Source of the DNA: Phoronis australis
Taxonomy: Eukaryota; Animalia; Phoronida
NCBI GenBank assembly: GCA_002633005.1
Contig: NMRA01000022.1
Span: forward strand, 493,715-557,714
Direction of reading: 5' to 3'
Length of the DNA: 64,000 bases
Of the stretch, positions 36,601 through 48,635 are shown one piece after another. Numbering within the stretch: the first letter of the stretch is position 1; every line of letters begins with the position of its first letter. The position numbers were made by a program, and so were the translations under genes. The notes beneath the pieces were generated by a model. It ran no database searches and was not told the DNA's origin. It saw only the letters and a list, made by a program, of their open reading frames with translations.

Positions 36601-39600
36601 AGGAAGCTCTGACCAAATTGATGTTTTTGAAGTCAGGCAACTCATTAGCAAATTTCAATGGCCAGTATTGAACAATTTGAACTTTATCTTGCATTTTTGT
36701 TCTCTTAAAATAATCCTAAGTACACTCAAACTTGTTTAAAAAAGCAATGGTGAGAGACTAATAACCATTTTCGGATGTAGCGGTGACACGATGAAACACG
36801 GTTTGTCAGTAGATGACAACATAGTGGTTGGGTGACAGTATTCTACATTCTTTTATGGAGATTTAACGCTGTGCAATTTCCCAGTGTTTTTCATAACGAT
36901 ACTTTGCTGTCAAATTGCCATTGTTGTGCAGTGGGATATTCAAACGTTTCACACAAAAAAGGCTTGTCTCAAAGTGTCTGTAATAATAGAATGTGGCATT
37001 TGTTTCAGTCATCTTAGCTTATATTGCACACCAGAATCACAGATTAGGTCTCACAAATTAGGTCATACAAATTAGGTCACACAAAAATGTGTACTCAGAA
37101 TGTTGAAGAGTTGTATGTAGAATTTTTCTTCGTGACAGATAGGATTAAACAAAAATAAGTACTTGTCACATGTAATTTCCTGATCCAAAAAATTCATTAT
37201 TTTGTTGCACAAGTGTCGTGCCGCTGTCATCCAAATTTCACAGGAAGTTCGTAGTCGAACCAATTTGCACATTTTCTCGCAATTACGTATCTAATTGTTC
37301 GAGAGTTATTTCAGAGCAGTGAAATACTTCCTTAAGAAATGTTCTTTGTTCAGGAAGCTATGATGTTCTTGGTGTAGCTGGCGGTATGGGTGAAGGTCAT
37401 ATCCCATGCAGTGCCTTGAAGGAGATGGCTAGGATAGTAAAACCGGGTGAGTCTCCATCCAGCCATTCATATGATGGTTATAAAGGAGTTTTCAAAAAAT
37501 GAACATTTTTGGCAGCCCACACAAATATTTGTAATCATGTCTGGAGTCAGTTTACATTAAAAATTCTGCAAGTTGGGACAAAAATAATGGCTAATATTAA
37601 AAGTTTTGTAGTTCTGTATTTTTTGGAGGCTTACACCACTATGACATTTTGCCCAAATTAGTTTGGTGACAGTTGTGTTGTACAAAACGTGACAAATTCT
37701 GAAATTTATTTCTGTAGAGAAATGTGATGAAATACAATTTCACTTGTCCACCATATTGTGCTCCAAATTGAAGAATTTTTACTGTAGTCAGTACACAACA
37801 CCAGTCGTCTTAGCCAGTCAGACACCTATTTTTAGACCAACTTCAAAATACAGCTAGCATACAATGCGTGTAAAATTTATGTAGTCCTCAAAATTCTACA
37901 CCACTTGGATAGCTCTGCTTGTCACCTCATTATGAAGCTTCAGCATGTAGAGTTCACAATGTCATGGGGCGCATGCAAATCTAGTAGTGATCAACTGACA
38001 ATAGTTGGGTTCATCCAAAAATTGTCTGCTGTTTATAATTGATCTTTTGTCAGCATTTGGAGGTTAGAGAGGTGGATTCCAAAAAAGGACTCAAAGTAAC
38101 AAAAATGGCCAATAGGTGGTGCAAAATATTCAAATCTAGACACTTATTTACCAAATTCCATGAAAATTGATCAAGAAATTCCGAATATAGAGGCACACAT
38201 AGAAAGCTAAAATTGCTAGGGGACACAGCTGTAGTTGTATTGGTATGAAACGGTGCATCATCTGTCATCAGTTTCATAGGGACATATCTGCCTAATCTTG
38301 TAACCCTGAAAGGGGTTCAGGAGCTACAGCAGCGAATGCCTGAAGCCCAAACAGAGATGATGGCAATATGCACACATGGTTGTATAATTATGTGGATGCA
38401 CAAAAGTGGCCACTAGCTGGCGCCGAATACATATTTGGTATATTTATCTAGAATTTTTTATTTTAAGCCTCTATTTTGGGTATCATATTGTTCAGTTTAC
38501 TTGCAAATACCCAGAGGAAATCAGCAGCGTGGTTGGACTATTGCAAGGTTCAAAGGTCAATGGTTCAACGACTGACTGACTACAGGCATTAGTTAGATCC
38601 ATAGTGACCGTATAGTTTGTGAATTAAAAATGGCCGTTGTGTGTTTTTCGTCTTGGTACACTAGAAACATATGTTCTTGCTACATATCTCCTTCAGGAGG
38701 TTATGTGGTCATCGTGATGCGAGAAGAGTACTTGGAGACGGTACAAGCGTATAAAGGTCACTTGGAGCCACTCATGAAACAGATGGAGAAGGAAGGCATT
38801 TGGCAGACTGTGTCACGTGTTGTGGTGCCAAAGTACTCCTTTGAGAACAATGGTGTCATCTTCACGTTCAAGGTATATTGAGCTGGATATGGTTTTCGTT
38901 TTTTTCCAAAAGCTTTATTAAGGAAAACATATAGGTAACTAACGTGTTTGATTGGTTGATAACTGTTCATACCACATACAAACATACATACATACATACA
39001 TAAATACACTCACCTATCTCATGGTGGGGTCCATTTGGAACTCAAACAACATCATAACATACCGTATGGTTTTCTTCTGAAAATAAATAAATTTTATGNG
39101 CGGTCATGTTGTTTCTCACCCGTGTTAATGAGTTCACCGAGTCATAATTTTTCAGTTTGCAAATCATAAATTACACGGTTTGGCATGGATTTTATGTCAT
39201 TTAATGATGGAATGATTATCATGTAAATCTGGAGAATGCCTACTGCACTGCCTCAACAGTTTGATGAGTTGGAATTCATTTAATACACTTTTTTAACCAG
39301 GTATTGTATAAAAGCTGCAGAAGAATAATTGACAATTTGCACCGAATGACCTTTTCCATTAGGTGTCCCCAGACAGTCACTCGGCAAGCAACTCGGAACA
39401 TGATGCAGCAGCCTGCTGTGTAAATGATGGTGCCCATCGCAAAGGAATCATGCCTAACGAAATGACAGAATATTACTCCAAGTGGGGAGAGAGTGGTGAT
39501 TATGAAAGGGTATTTTGCTCCGTTTTGCTTATTTGACTGAATTAAAAGTATGCATTATAGTGTGATTAATGAAAATTCTACACTTAGTGATATGGATCTT

Positions 39601-42600
39601 GTCTTTTGCAAAGTTTATGAAGAAGTTCAGCTGAATTTTCATTAGACATCCAATTCTTGGGGCATAATCTAATAAAAGTTTGTGCGCATTACAATTTCAC
39701 AAATTCAACTTGTTAATATGCAGTGGTCGCTCTAACTGTTCCTAGATCGCATTTTCCTAATTTTTTCTACTTTTTTGTGAAACACCTTTCCTAATTGTTT
39801 CTACTTTTTCTTGAAAAGCTGTTGGGAGCCCTGCTACTGTGAAAAGTATTGATCCAGTGCCAGTGAGTCAGAGCGTGACTAGAAGGCAATGATCTCAAAA
39901 GTTAACAATTCTTTTTGTTACATTAAGCAATGACTATTGTTTCTAACTATCCAATAGGATCTGTGCCCTGGTACTTACAATGGACCTTTGTATGCGGCTG
40001 AAGCTGTGTTTGAAGTTCTAGGAAAGGAGAGATTAGATGCACATATCTTAGACTGTGCTGCTGGAACTGGGTTTCTAGGAGTGGAGGTAAATTTCCCTCA
40101 GTTCTGTTTTTATATTTCAGTTACGGTAAAATTTCGCCAAATTCGGACAAAGGGTTGTCAAAACTATGGCAATTCTACACTTGTTAAGCACACTCGCCTT
40201 AATATTGCATGCACCAAAAATTATTCGGAAAAATAATTATTTTTTGTCCCTCATTTATTTTGCACGAGGCTACTTCCTAGAAACTTCTTGCTTCACCTAA
40301 TTCGCACTCACTCAGTTTTGCAACGCAAAGCTCATCCGTTAGCTCTAGTGATGCACCACTTAATTCATCCATTTGACTATGAGATATCTCATGCTGTTCT
40401 TTATTGTAATCTATTTTGCCTGGGGCATGTGAGGTTACAACATAAGGGTTGTTGATTAATATCATTTATTATGACGCAAGTAGAAAAGGTAATAAAGACA
40501 AGGCTGGGCAAGAAGGGCATAGGATAAAACACCAGAGGCATTTAGATAGAAGCGCCCTTAGTAATAGAGGAAATGACAACAAGGTAATGAAGAAAAGCCT
40601 GTAGGGCCTCACAGAAAAAGTGTAACAAGGAAAACACTGAACACTGAGATGGAGGGTGGGGAATTTGCTGAGTCAATGAGTTGCAGGTCTTGTGCGAAAC
40701 AAGGTAGGTGGCTGAATGAACTAGGCCATGCTAAACTGAACAGAGGAAAAATAACTGACCAATGAGATGTCGAGTAGAAGGGTGTATGAATACAAAAGTA
40801 GAGCATGGTGGATATATGAGTAATATAATATAAACCATAAAGGCGGATACATATATACATATACCCATAGTGTACCTAATTATCGGACGGAACCTAAATA
40901 TCGGACATTTCATAGAATCTTACTTGAAGCATAATCTGAGAATTAAATGACACCAATTTTTGTTCCGTTGTAATGCATTCAATGTCCGGCATCGTCTCGT
41001 TTCTTACAGCGTTGCCTCGTTTTGATTTCACCGAGAGAGGGTGCAATTTAGATCCCCAAGTTGGCCGAAAATGGACGATCGCATCAATTGATATAAAAGT
41101 TGAAAATAAAATCTTTTTCCACAATGAAACCATCTCATTGAACTGACAATATGTCACTGTTCCATTTTTTCATTTGTTTTTAAACTCAAGTCAAACCCCG
41201 ACCGCGCATGTGTGGGTGTCATATCAAGAAGCCAAAGTGATACCCAAAAACTGCAGTGAGTTTGCACGTGCTTTAGTCGTCTGCACTAATTCATCGAAAC
41301 GACTTGGCACCATCATCAGATTTCATTTTATGGATAATTTTGTTGCGAAAGGACCTGTGTTCTAGCAGCATATATGTCAAAACACTCGAGCTGAAATTTG
41401 GCTACACGGTGCCTGCGGCCATTACGTGGTTAGTTAGTTTTCTGCGGTGTGGCGTATGGGGAAACATGGTGTCCGATATTTAGGTTCTCCGAAGGTTTGC
41501 TTGTTGTGTTTTTTAAAGATCAGTCGGAACATAAATGTGGCTTTCAGTGACAAGATATAGTAAACAGAACAATTCCGTGAAGGTAAGTCTTTATTTCAGA
41601 AAAGAATTTACAACAATCCGTGGTATTTTCAATTAAACATAATGCAAAATGTGTCAAAACATCCGATAATTAGGTCACTTGACTGTATAGAAATGACAAA
41701 CAGAAAACTGGTGCTGATAAATGCATTAACAAGTTAAATTAAATAAAATGAGATGCAAGGGGGGACCTAGATGTGCGTGGTTTCACACACAGGGTCATAT
41801 TCTCAGAAGAGTGTTTCACCAATTCAGATTTCAAATGTACCTTATGTAAAGGCACAGGGACCATTCCCTGATGATGCCCTGGTTAAGACTGGACCCCATT
41901 TGTTACAAAGCAAGACGGCAAAGTGACAGAATGTATTTTCTGTATTACAAGTGATTTCATGCACGTAAACAATATTAACTGGTGGTGTTAAGATAAGACT
42001 TGTCTAAAGAAATAATGTTTTTCCCTTTTTCAAATGAGTGATAATAGCATGTCTAGTTTAGCTCCCTGAAGTCCCTGAGACTGCATCACAGCCATTTTGC
42101 CTTAATATGTACTTTTTAACAGTAATGAGCCTAAGTTATCTTACCAAATGTGTCAATCGGGAGATAAAGCCTTGTGTTTCTAACTCTTAAAAGAGGTCAT
42201 TGCTTTAACCATTTTATGAATGTGAAGGCCACCCAGCCCAAGTGTTGTGAATTTCATGCCTGTCACAATAAAATTGCATCTTTTTGAAAAAACGTGTTCA
42301 AGTTTTAATCAGTAGTGGTGTCCTGTAGTCTTGAGTATACACTGATTATTGATATTCCATTGTTAAGCCTCACGAATGTGACTTCACACCTGAAGATTCC
42401 CGCTATTAGCAGTGTCTTGATATTGTATTCTTCAGCTCAGCAAACTTGGCTTTACCAATATCGATGCCCTTGAGCCAGCCCATGGGATGCTTAAGAAAGC
42501 TGGTACCAAAGGGGTGTTTACTAAGCTTATTGAAGACTATATTGACTTTGGGCACAACACGGACATTCCCAATGGCAAGTAATTTGTCGTAATATAAAAA

Positions 42601-44465
42601 TTATGCAGTAAATCTTTCAAAACTCTTTACACTTATGCAAGTCGATGCTCACTCGTGTTTAAGTGAGAGTAGAGGAGACGAGCACAATTTCATTGCATGG
42701 TACTCTCCAGCTATTGTTTGTATATTCTTTTATTGTCAGATTTATACAGCTGTGTCAACTGGAACGATGTGGGCTAGTTGACATGACGTGAGCATTAGTG
42801 TCCTGCTGATGGTTTCATACATTCACATGTCAAGGGTTGCAAAACATGCTTCTTGCTGTTGTTTTTATCATAGATACTTTTGTGTGATTTTCAAAAAGCA
42901 TTTGCTAGCATTTTTGCCAACTTAGGGAGAGGCAGAGATACTCCCTTGAGCATTGTTTTCTTGTCACTTTGCTAACTTCCCGTGACTGAATGTTTTGCAG
43001 ATTCCTACGATGTGTTGGTCGTGGCTGGTGGCATGGGTGAAGGTCACATTCCATGTGATGGACTGAAAGAAATGGCGCGCATTGTCAAACCTGGTGAGTT
43101 CTTGTCTGCTTAGCAAGATTCATGAATCAATGTTTTTCATACGGTTTGTATGCAAAAGTAAGGGTTATGGTAAAAGTTCTTCACTTTGGTACACAATGTG
43201 GCAGACAAGTGAAATTCTACTTTTATAATATCAAATTTGTCATCAAAAAGATTTTTTTATTAATTTAAAATTGCACTATGTTTTAAGCATGGTTTGTATA
43301 GTATGTCTGTCACCAAAGCATTTGGTAAATATTTGAGCACTAATGTAGCAGTGTAGTTACAACAATAGAGAATCATTATTTTAGGAATTAGTTTGTCCTA
43401 AATTGAAGAATATTTACAATAACAACTTCTACATTATGTAGGTGTGCTGTCAGATTTGTCTAAAAATTGTTAGATCTTCCCAAGGTGGTCCTTCAATGAA
43501 GTTTTCTCGTAGATGCTGAGATGTTACCTGTGATCATAACTGAGAAGTATTCATGTCTGGCTGACTGCAATCCAAATTTCATAAAGAATTTCATGATCGA
43601 AGTGGCAGCCGCAATAAATAGAACTGCCACTAGGTGGAGCAGCAGTGGATAGATCTGTTCAAAAATGATTGGCAATTGTGCAGTCTTCACACACTGGCCT
43701 GTATATTTTGTACTGATTCATCAGGCTGTTCCGTTCATTTTAGACTGTCACAATAAAATGCCAGCACATGTAATTATGCATGTACATAAAATTTGGTGTT
43801 AAACATTTTTTGGATGTGGTTAGTAAAGCGATTATTACACTGATCTACCTTACACCAACCAATTCAAGATTTGTCTTCATAATTGTTCAATTTCTGCTCT
43901 ACTCCTACAGTTAACATTCTCAAGTTTGGCACAGTCTCCAAAATTTTGTAACGCTGAAATTCAAGCCAAATTTGAATTTTCTTGATTCTGAAGATTGGGA
44001 CATGGATAATTTTGATGTTCATTATGATACCGGATACTGCATTCAGTAAAAACTAAGTTTGAGATAAAAGCATTGAAAATAGGGCACCAAGGCAAAATTT
44101 GTCTTTCACATGATTCTGGAATTTGGGACATCCAATGTAGTCTTATTTCTAAAATTTGGTAAAAGTTCCAATCTAGAGGACAAACAAATTAATTTGCACT
44201 GCATAAGCCGGAGAATTTTTAGGGTAACTGTGACTGAATTTCTAACACAGTCCTTCCTATATGTACAGGTGGCCATGTGTGTATTGTGATGAGAGAGGAG
44301 TACCTGCAGACTGTTGAAGAGTACAGAGATCGACTAGAACCACTTATGTCTGAAATGGAGAGAGTTGGCAAATGGGAACTAGTGTCGCGTACTATCAGAC
44401 CAAAGTACTCCTTTAACAACGACGGAGTTATATACATGTTCAGAGTAGAGTGTAATGGGTTCTAG
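30498..44465 (+). CDS. METTL27: METTL27/WBSCR27-like class I SAM-dependent methyltransferase gene with two tandem domains (10 coding exons, predicted 457 aa)
   Basis: join(30498-30632,32011-32136,36290-36428,37354-37446,38697-38872,39363-39509,39958-40086,42436-42574,43001-43093,44269-44465) is 1374 nt, open and phase-consistent. Each half has motif I ILDCAAGTG, IDALEP..GML and YDV..VAGGMGEGHIPC...EMARIVKPGG, collinear with METTL27 (ILDVACGTG...GQVPC...VTKPGG). Confidence 0.85.
32011..32136 (+). CDS. METTL27: Methyltransferase domain 1, exon 2 (SAM-binding motif I)
   Basis: ttttccag|NLCPGTYNGPKYAAEAIQKVIGDKAESRILDCAAGTGFLGVE|gtaaca. Confidence 0.95.
33922..34394 (+). mobile_element. Second Kolobok-like relic (~470 bp, TTAA-flanked) with a THAP N-terminus, intronic
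   Basis: TTAA(33918-33921)-gAGTGGTCTCATG ... CATGGGACTACT-TTAA(34395-34398). An ORF from ATG 34136 reads MPTKYYCCAVGCNSRRVKK...MKFFAF (THAP C-x4-C start). Confidence 0.6.
36290..36428 (+). CDS. METTL27: Methyltransferase domain 1, exon 3
   Basis: ttgcag|LNKLGYTNIDALEPAHGMLERAREKEVYTNFIEDYIDNGHNKMIAD-G|gtatat. Confidence 0.95.
37354..37446 (+). CDS. METTL27: Methyltransferase domain 1, exon 4
   Basis: ttgttcag|(G)SYDVLGVAGGMGEGHIPCSALKEMARIVKP-G|gtgagt. Confidence 0.95.
38060..38430 (+). mobile_element. Decayed fragment of family B element
   Basis: aaaatggccaataggtggtgcaaaat...ccaaattccatgaaaat...aaaattgctagggggacacag matches modules at 49850-50900. Confidence 0.7.
38697..38881 (+). CDS. 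METTL27: Methyltransferase domain 1, exon 5 (donor at 38872|38873, or read-through to TGA at 38879-38881)
   Basis: ccttcag|(G)GYVVIVMREEYLETVQAYKGHLEPLMKQMEKEGIWQTVSRVVVPKYSFENNGVIFTFK|GTA TAT TGA. Confidence 0.95.
38972..39007. repeat. (TACA)n microsatellite
   Basis: catacaaacatacatacatacatacataaatac. Confidence 0.8.
39363..39509 (+). CDS. METTL27: Methyltransferase domain 2, exon 1 (no initiator ATG; phase-0 acceptor)
   Basis: ttttccattag|VSPDSHSASNSEHDAAACCVNDGAHRKGIMPNEMTEYYSKWGESGDYER|gtattt. Confidence 0.9.
39958..40086 (+). CDS. METTL27: Methyltransferase domain 2, exon 2 (motif I)
   Basis: ccaatag|DLCPGTYNGPLYAAEAVFEVLGKERLDAHILDCAAGTGFLGVE|gtaaat. Confidence 0.95.
40864..41685. 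mobile_element. Tc1/mariner (pogo-like) non-autonomous element, intronic
   Basis: Imperfect TIRs: agtg.acctaattatcgga (40869-40887) versus tccgataattaggtcacttgactg|ta (41662-41687). Subterminal inverted repeat gaacctaaatatcggac (~40890) versus gtccgatatttaggttc (~41471). TA at both ends. Confidence 0.7.
42436..42574 (+). CDS. METTL27: Methyltransferase domain 2, exon 3 (GC donor)
   Basis: ttcttcag|LSKLGFTNIDALEPAHGMLKKAGTKGVFTKLIEDYIDFGHNTDIPN-G|gcaagt; 139 bp, the same length as the paralogous exon. Confidence 0.92.
43001..43093 (+). CDS. METTL27: Methyltransferase domain 2, exon 4
   Basis: ttttgcag|(D)SYDVLVVAGGMGEGHIPCDGLKEMARIVKP-G|gtgagt. Confidence 0.95.
44269..44465 (+). CDS. METTL27: Methyltransferase domain 2, exon 5 (terminal)
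   Basis: gtacag|(G)GHVCIVMREEYLQTVEEYRDRLEPLMSEMERVGKWELVSRTIRPKYSFNNDGVIYMFRVECNGF*. Confidence 0.95.
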
Positions 44466-44946
44466 GTCTGGAGTTCACCGTTTGCAAATCTTAAGACTTC
44501 AGCCAGGAAAAACAATTTTATGCATTTCATCTTTTTTGCTTTTGATTCCAAAAAGTGCTGAACAAAATTACGTAGTTTTGAATTTACTCCATAAATGTGC
44601 CAAAGTTTTTAAAGCTCAAGTTTTTAATTCGTTGATTTGTTGTTTTAAATTGTTTTGTGCACATTATCTACCAAGATAAACACAGTACTCTGCTGCATTT
44701 GAACTTCTGCATAATGCGGAGTAGTTTCATCGTTGGCGACATCAGAAAACAAATTAAAAATCCAGACTTCATGGTGCTTGAATCTAAACTGTCAAAAACT
44801 TGCCATCATTCTGCAGTGTCATTCTATTTTGTTGAACCATTTTTTTGAAATACTTTAATTTTGAAGTTACTTGTATGTAGTTGAGCATGTTCCCTGCTCT
44901 TGACATTTCTAATTTACCAACTTTTCAAAATTTTATTTTGTTGGCA

Positions 44947-44952
44947 AATAAA
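44947..44952 (+). terminator. Candidate polyadenylation signal of the methyltransferase gene
   Basis: AATAAA ~480 bp after the stop codon. Confidence 0.45.
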
Positions 44953-46230
44953 TTAAGTTACAGTCACCAATAACGTGATAGTTTGTATTGTGAAGACAAC
45001 CAACATCTAAGTCACAATCACACAGGACTTTGTCCTACAACATAGAACAAAATACTGGCCTGATGCTTTTTGGATATCCCTGTCTACTGAACAGCCCATT
45101 TTTGTTTAGTGTTACACTGACTTGCCACCACCTATTAATGTGCTAGTTCTAACATAGTTTTGAAACGTAAACCCATCAATGTTTTATGGTACTGTGTTAA
45201 TGCATTGTACGTTTAGACACCTGTTTGCAAACTCTTCACATCATAATCATACCTTTAAGCAGGACAACTGATCACACAATAGTTTAATGGCAAACCATCT
45301 AGTCTACGATAGTGTGCATCAGGTCAGACTAATTTGGACATTTTGACAACCATCCAGGCATTGTAATATTTTTGGTTGAAAATAAAACTACTGACAGCTT
45401 AAAATGAACATCTCCAAAGTGTAATTCTTTTTAGTACAGCTCGTGCCAAGAGGTATTTACTATCATTGGTAACTGTCCGTAATGACTGGAAATTCTCGGG
45501 TAAGTTAATAAAGGGAATGAAGGGTAAAATTTTTGTGTCCATGCTTTCTAACTGCACAACTGCATCAGTTGTTCAGAAGGACATTCTTCCTTCCTCTGGG
45601 CAAAGAAAGATTCTATGCATTTATTTTGAAAATGGGCTATTACCGTAATGTTAATTTTACAAGTTTTTTTTGCATTCAGGTGCTGATCTTTGTAATGTAT
45701 TAAAACCAGGATTTGACCATGTCTATGCATGGCTATCAAAAATGAGATTTTGACCAATCTAAAGGATTGATGTTAAAACCTTCAGCGAAGCATCAAAAAC
45801 TAGCACAAGGACAATGGGTTGAAATGTTGTTGGCAAGAATGTTGTTTAGTGTATTATACATGTACAGCAGATCAGGTGTACATGCAGTGCATATATGAGC
45901 CATTGTGGTGGCATTGGAAGTGAGACCAAATTACAGCTGGTACAAGTCATTTTCAACTGGAATTAGCTGGAACAAATCTGTAGGTGTAGTTGAATGTAGT
46001 GACGGGAAAACAGTAATTCAGGATTATCAATGTATGTGATGCATATTTGTCTGTAACTGTAGAGCTAAAAACTTGTATTTTACCGTGCTGAAACTGGCGT
46101 GATGAAATGTGGTAAATGAATTAATTTTCTTGATTTCAGAATTCCTCCAGATATTCATCTCCAACATCCAACTATCCACATGATTTCCAAAGCAGGCGAC
46201 ATACTACAATTCTAAGCCAACAAAACCTTT

Positions 46231-46236
46231 TTTATT
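46231..46236 (-). terminator. Candidate polyadenylation signal of cyclin J (alternative at 46884-46889)
   Basis: TTTATT on + (AATAAA on -) at the end of a long AT-rich stretch downstream of the cyclin J stop. Confidence 0.3.
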
Positions 46237-48460
46237 CCTGTCATTCACAAACTAAGTTCAAATGACCAATTATGAAAGAGAAAGACATGCAAATTACATT
46301 TATACTCTGGTGCACTCACGGATCTTGATCTTCATTGATCAGGCATTTCAAAATGCCAATATGGTAAAAAATATTTGTCAATGTTGTCCTTGTCATATTT
46401 CAAAGTCCTTGAAAATTGTGATTGCACAGAAGTTTAATTTAAAATTTTTTTATTTGATGGTAGATGTACCTAACTTGAGCATGATCAAGCTTTAACTTTG
46501 CGCTCTCTATAAGTAAAAAGTAAGAAAATGAAATTTCAGTTGTTGGCCTCGTGTCAAATTGGTGAGAGACATTGTTTTGAAAATTTTTTTTTACTTTCAA
46601 CTGATTTTTATATAAAAATAGAGTGACATTCAAAATTCACATCATTTTAAAACCTGTACATAGTGATGTTATACTCAAAAAGTTTACAGTGTTTGGTGGA
46701 ATTTGTAACAGTCAGCAGTCGTGATATTTCGTCCATTTTCTTTTTTACCCGTACTGTAACAAATATACTAAGAAATAACAACAAAAAGATAAGAGTCAAG
46801 ACAGTGTACAACCTGTCCTGCCTGGGAGATTTTTCTGCAAGCCAATGTTTGGTTTTTAATTTTCACGATGATCACTTTCATAGTTTATTGGTGAATCAAA
46901 ACAAACAAATGATAACACAAATTTCCAAACTTGAAAACATTAACCCATCATTCAGCATCGGTCACATTCTGATACTGCCCAAAAATCAAATATAATGTCG
47001 TCTTTCACTTCAATCTTTTGTCCGCAATGGATATTAGACAGAACAGTGCATTTGTTAAACAACTCAAATTTTCATAATATACAAACTAAAGAATACAGAA
47101 ACATAAAACTTAACAATTTTATGAAAATTAATAACTATAAGTAACAAAACAACAAACAGATTTTTTAACAAAAAAGCTATAAGCTATTAGATATCACAGA
47201 ATATTTAGACATTAGAAAATGTCTATATCAGTACAATGGCATTCTCAACTTCTATTATATTCTTACCAAAAATGCAAAAATGTGACTGGAATTTCAGACT
47301 TTTGAACAACACAAAGCTCGATGAAATTATCTAGCACTGAAATACTTTCGACAGAGAGAAATGAATTGTTTCTGTGAGATGAAGTGCACTCCTTTGAACT
47401 TAACTGACAACCTACTAAGACGGGCTAAGTTAAGATAATTGTCAACACTGATTATGTTAGAACTCAACAATTCGTTTACTCCAATGATTAGAGGTCTCAA
47501 GCTGATAAAGATGCTCAGGCAGATAATTTCACCTCTTCAAACCGGATGAGAGTGGAACATCTTCCAACAGCATTATAACGCTAATAAAGAATATGGAAAG
47601 ACTTACTGGAAGAGTAAGACTAGCCATAACTGTACTGACCAGAACACTAATACCGAGATTCCCATCTTGTATAACGAACTTTAATACGAAAATGCAACAA
47701 ATAAATAAATGTTATATTGTTTTCCATCACTGCTAACCACAAACTGTACAACAGAGACACCGTACCAATTTGCTTGTTGCACAATATTGTCATTTATGCC
47801 CCCTGGTGGACACTCATTGGACATACCTAGTTTACTACAAAATCTAGTTACTATATTAAACAAAATAATGAGATTGAGATTACGCACAGAAATCTTCTGG
47901 AGCAGAGATGCCGCGAGGCTTTATATGGCCTGCCCTTGTCATAGTAACACACACAGAAGTCTAAACATATTTCAGCATCTTGGGTTCCACTAATAAATTA
48001 CTGGGGCTTTTACTTAAGTTATGAAACGGGCAATTTTAGCCATCTCAAATTCAAGAAATGCAATTACCCATGTCAGAAATTTTGGAATTGATGTAGTATG
48101 ACTACACAGACTTCAGTTTTGCAATTATACTTTGTAACACTCGACTAGTCAGAAACACTTAAAAGACTTTTGTTACAAAAATGCAGAGTTACTTGGGAAA
48201 TCCCCAATTACTGTGCTAATCTTCAGAATGAAGAAAATTCAATTTTGGCTTGAATTACAGTGTCAAGAATTTTTGAGATTACCAAACTGGAGAATATTAA
48301 CTGTATAAACATAACCTATGATTAAGAACAGAAATATAATCAAGGTGGAAAGCAAGCTAATTAAAAAGATTTATAATATTCGCTGTTTCAGAAACGAGTC
48401 GAGCATAATGATATCGCTTTCCATCACCCCCTTGCGCAAGTGGCATCAAGCATTCACCTG

Positions 48461-48635
48461 TCAGTTCAAAGCCCCCATACTGATCTGGTTGTGGTGCATG
48501 TTTTGCTTGCTGACGGTGCCCTCTGGTGGAGGCGTCTCGGGCACGTAAGTGATGTTGGCTTTGTACGAGACTGGGGACTCCATCTCACTAGATGCAGTGC
48601 TCTTCCTAGATGCTTGTTCATCCTTTTGATGGATT
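48461..48635 (-). CDS. CCNJ: Cyclin-J, last coding exon
   Basis: tttctcatgtag|(R)IHQKDEQASRKSTASSEMESPVSYKANITYVPETPPPEGTVSKQNMHHNQISMGALN*. Phase 2 matches the preceding exon, and the start aligns with cyclin J IAHDNDVKEANK. Confidence 0.8.

Noticed and set aside
39363-44465. Copy 2 as an independent gene or a pseudogene
   Set aside because: All its exons are intact with conserved phases, so it is not a pseudogene. It lacks a homologous start codon and promoter space, so the fused model is preferred.
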